This document shows, in pieces, positions 63,102 to 64,000 of a DNA stretch of 64,000 nt. The notes beneath the pieces were generated by a model. It worked only from the letters and a program-made list of their open reading frames with translations, had not been told where the DNA came from and searched no databases. This DNA comes from the human T2T-CHM13v2.0 reference genome, Homo sapiens, in NCBI RefSeq assembly GCF_009914755.1, contig NC_060926.1; one strand, 5' to 3'. The position numbers were made by a program, and so were the translations under genes. How positions within the stretch are numbered: the first letter of the stretch is position 1; every line of letters starts with the position of its first letter.

Positions 63102-64000
63102 CTATTTTACCCATAGTTGTAATAGTTGTGGCTGTGGCAGTTATAGCCTATGTCCCCTGGAGGTCTTACTGATAGCATGGCAAACATTCTCACCTCCAGG
63201 AAACCCCCTCCATCTCCTCTCCTGCTTGGCTAACTCTTCCTCATCCTTCACATCCTCAGCACCTTCCTTGGCCTATCCCACTCCCTGCACACGCCTGGCC
63301 TATGCCGTTCCTGTGGGGCCTCTTTCCTTCTGGGGTTGTGTGGTTTACTGTCCAGATGTCTGGTAAGTGGGAACTGGAGCCCAAGCCTTGTCTCTCAGGG
63401 GCCCATTGTGGTGTCTGCCAGTCAGCGAGCATCCCCTCCCTCTCTCCCAGCACGCTGCCTCTGCTCACACTTCATCTTTGTTCCCTTTGACTTCAGCATG
63501 CATGCAGTCCCGTTCTCAAGGCCTAGGCTCACACTGAACTGCAGCTTCCTTCCATGTCTTTCAGTTCACATTTCTAAAAGGGAGCATCTGGTTGGCCTAG
63601 GGCCTCTTTTTGAGCCTCTTCACAGGTCAAGGGAGGGTTGGCTGCAAAGGGCTGTGTCTGGGGGCCTGGACTGATGTTGCAGGATGGGGCAGAGACAGAC
63701 AGGGCTGTCCCCAGGACTGGGTAGGGGTGATGGGTGGGCTGCAGCCTGGGAGAAGCATCCATGTGCCTTTGTGGAGGCAGAAGGAGAAAGAAGAGCTAAA
63801 ACCAAAGGCTCCCTGGACACACTGGAAACCCAGACATGGATGTGGGAGAAAGGAACCTCTCTGACTCTCCTTTCCTTTGGTGGGGACGGGCCATAGATTG
63901 AGTCAAAAAGTGGGTGAGGAAGGCCTGAATTTCTGTGTGAGAACCAAGGGTAGTGGCCACCTTGTTCTTTTCATGTCATGGCCGCAGAGTCCGTGGTCCC

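Overview
This is primate (almost certainly human) genomic DNA, mostly interspersed repeats, with one protein-coding gene: SPR (sepiapterin reductase). SPR is on the + strand in three coding exons (50374-50677, 51255-51545, 54288-54478; 786 nt, 261 aa), with a GC-box CpG-island promoter and AATAAA at 55077. From recall, human SPR lies on 2p13 between EXOC6B and EMX1; neither neighbour is visible here. The first ~49 kb is intergenic and packed with Alu, old L1, L2, MIR, MaLR/ERVL/ERV1 LTRs and DNA-transposon fossils. Almost all other ORFs in the track are repeat-derived or GC-rich shadow ORFs. I found no convincing new gene system. The best second-look items are retrotransposition and repair scars readable from target-site duplications (TSDs): a short L1 with a 3' transduction, a ~6.4-kb TSD-bounded composite ending at an LTR poly(A) site, a 148-bp local templated copy at a deletion junction, two inverted Alus inserted at the same TTAA, a template-switch scar in a THE1 LTR, and a chimeric Alu in SPR intron 2. 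Also notable are a probable degenerate hAT transposase, an orphan CpG-rich CTCF element, CTCF motifs flanking SPR, and a homeodomain/E-box cluster near 61.1 kb that looks like a forebrain enhancer. Repeat boundaries and subfamily names were judged by eye and are approximate.
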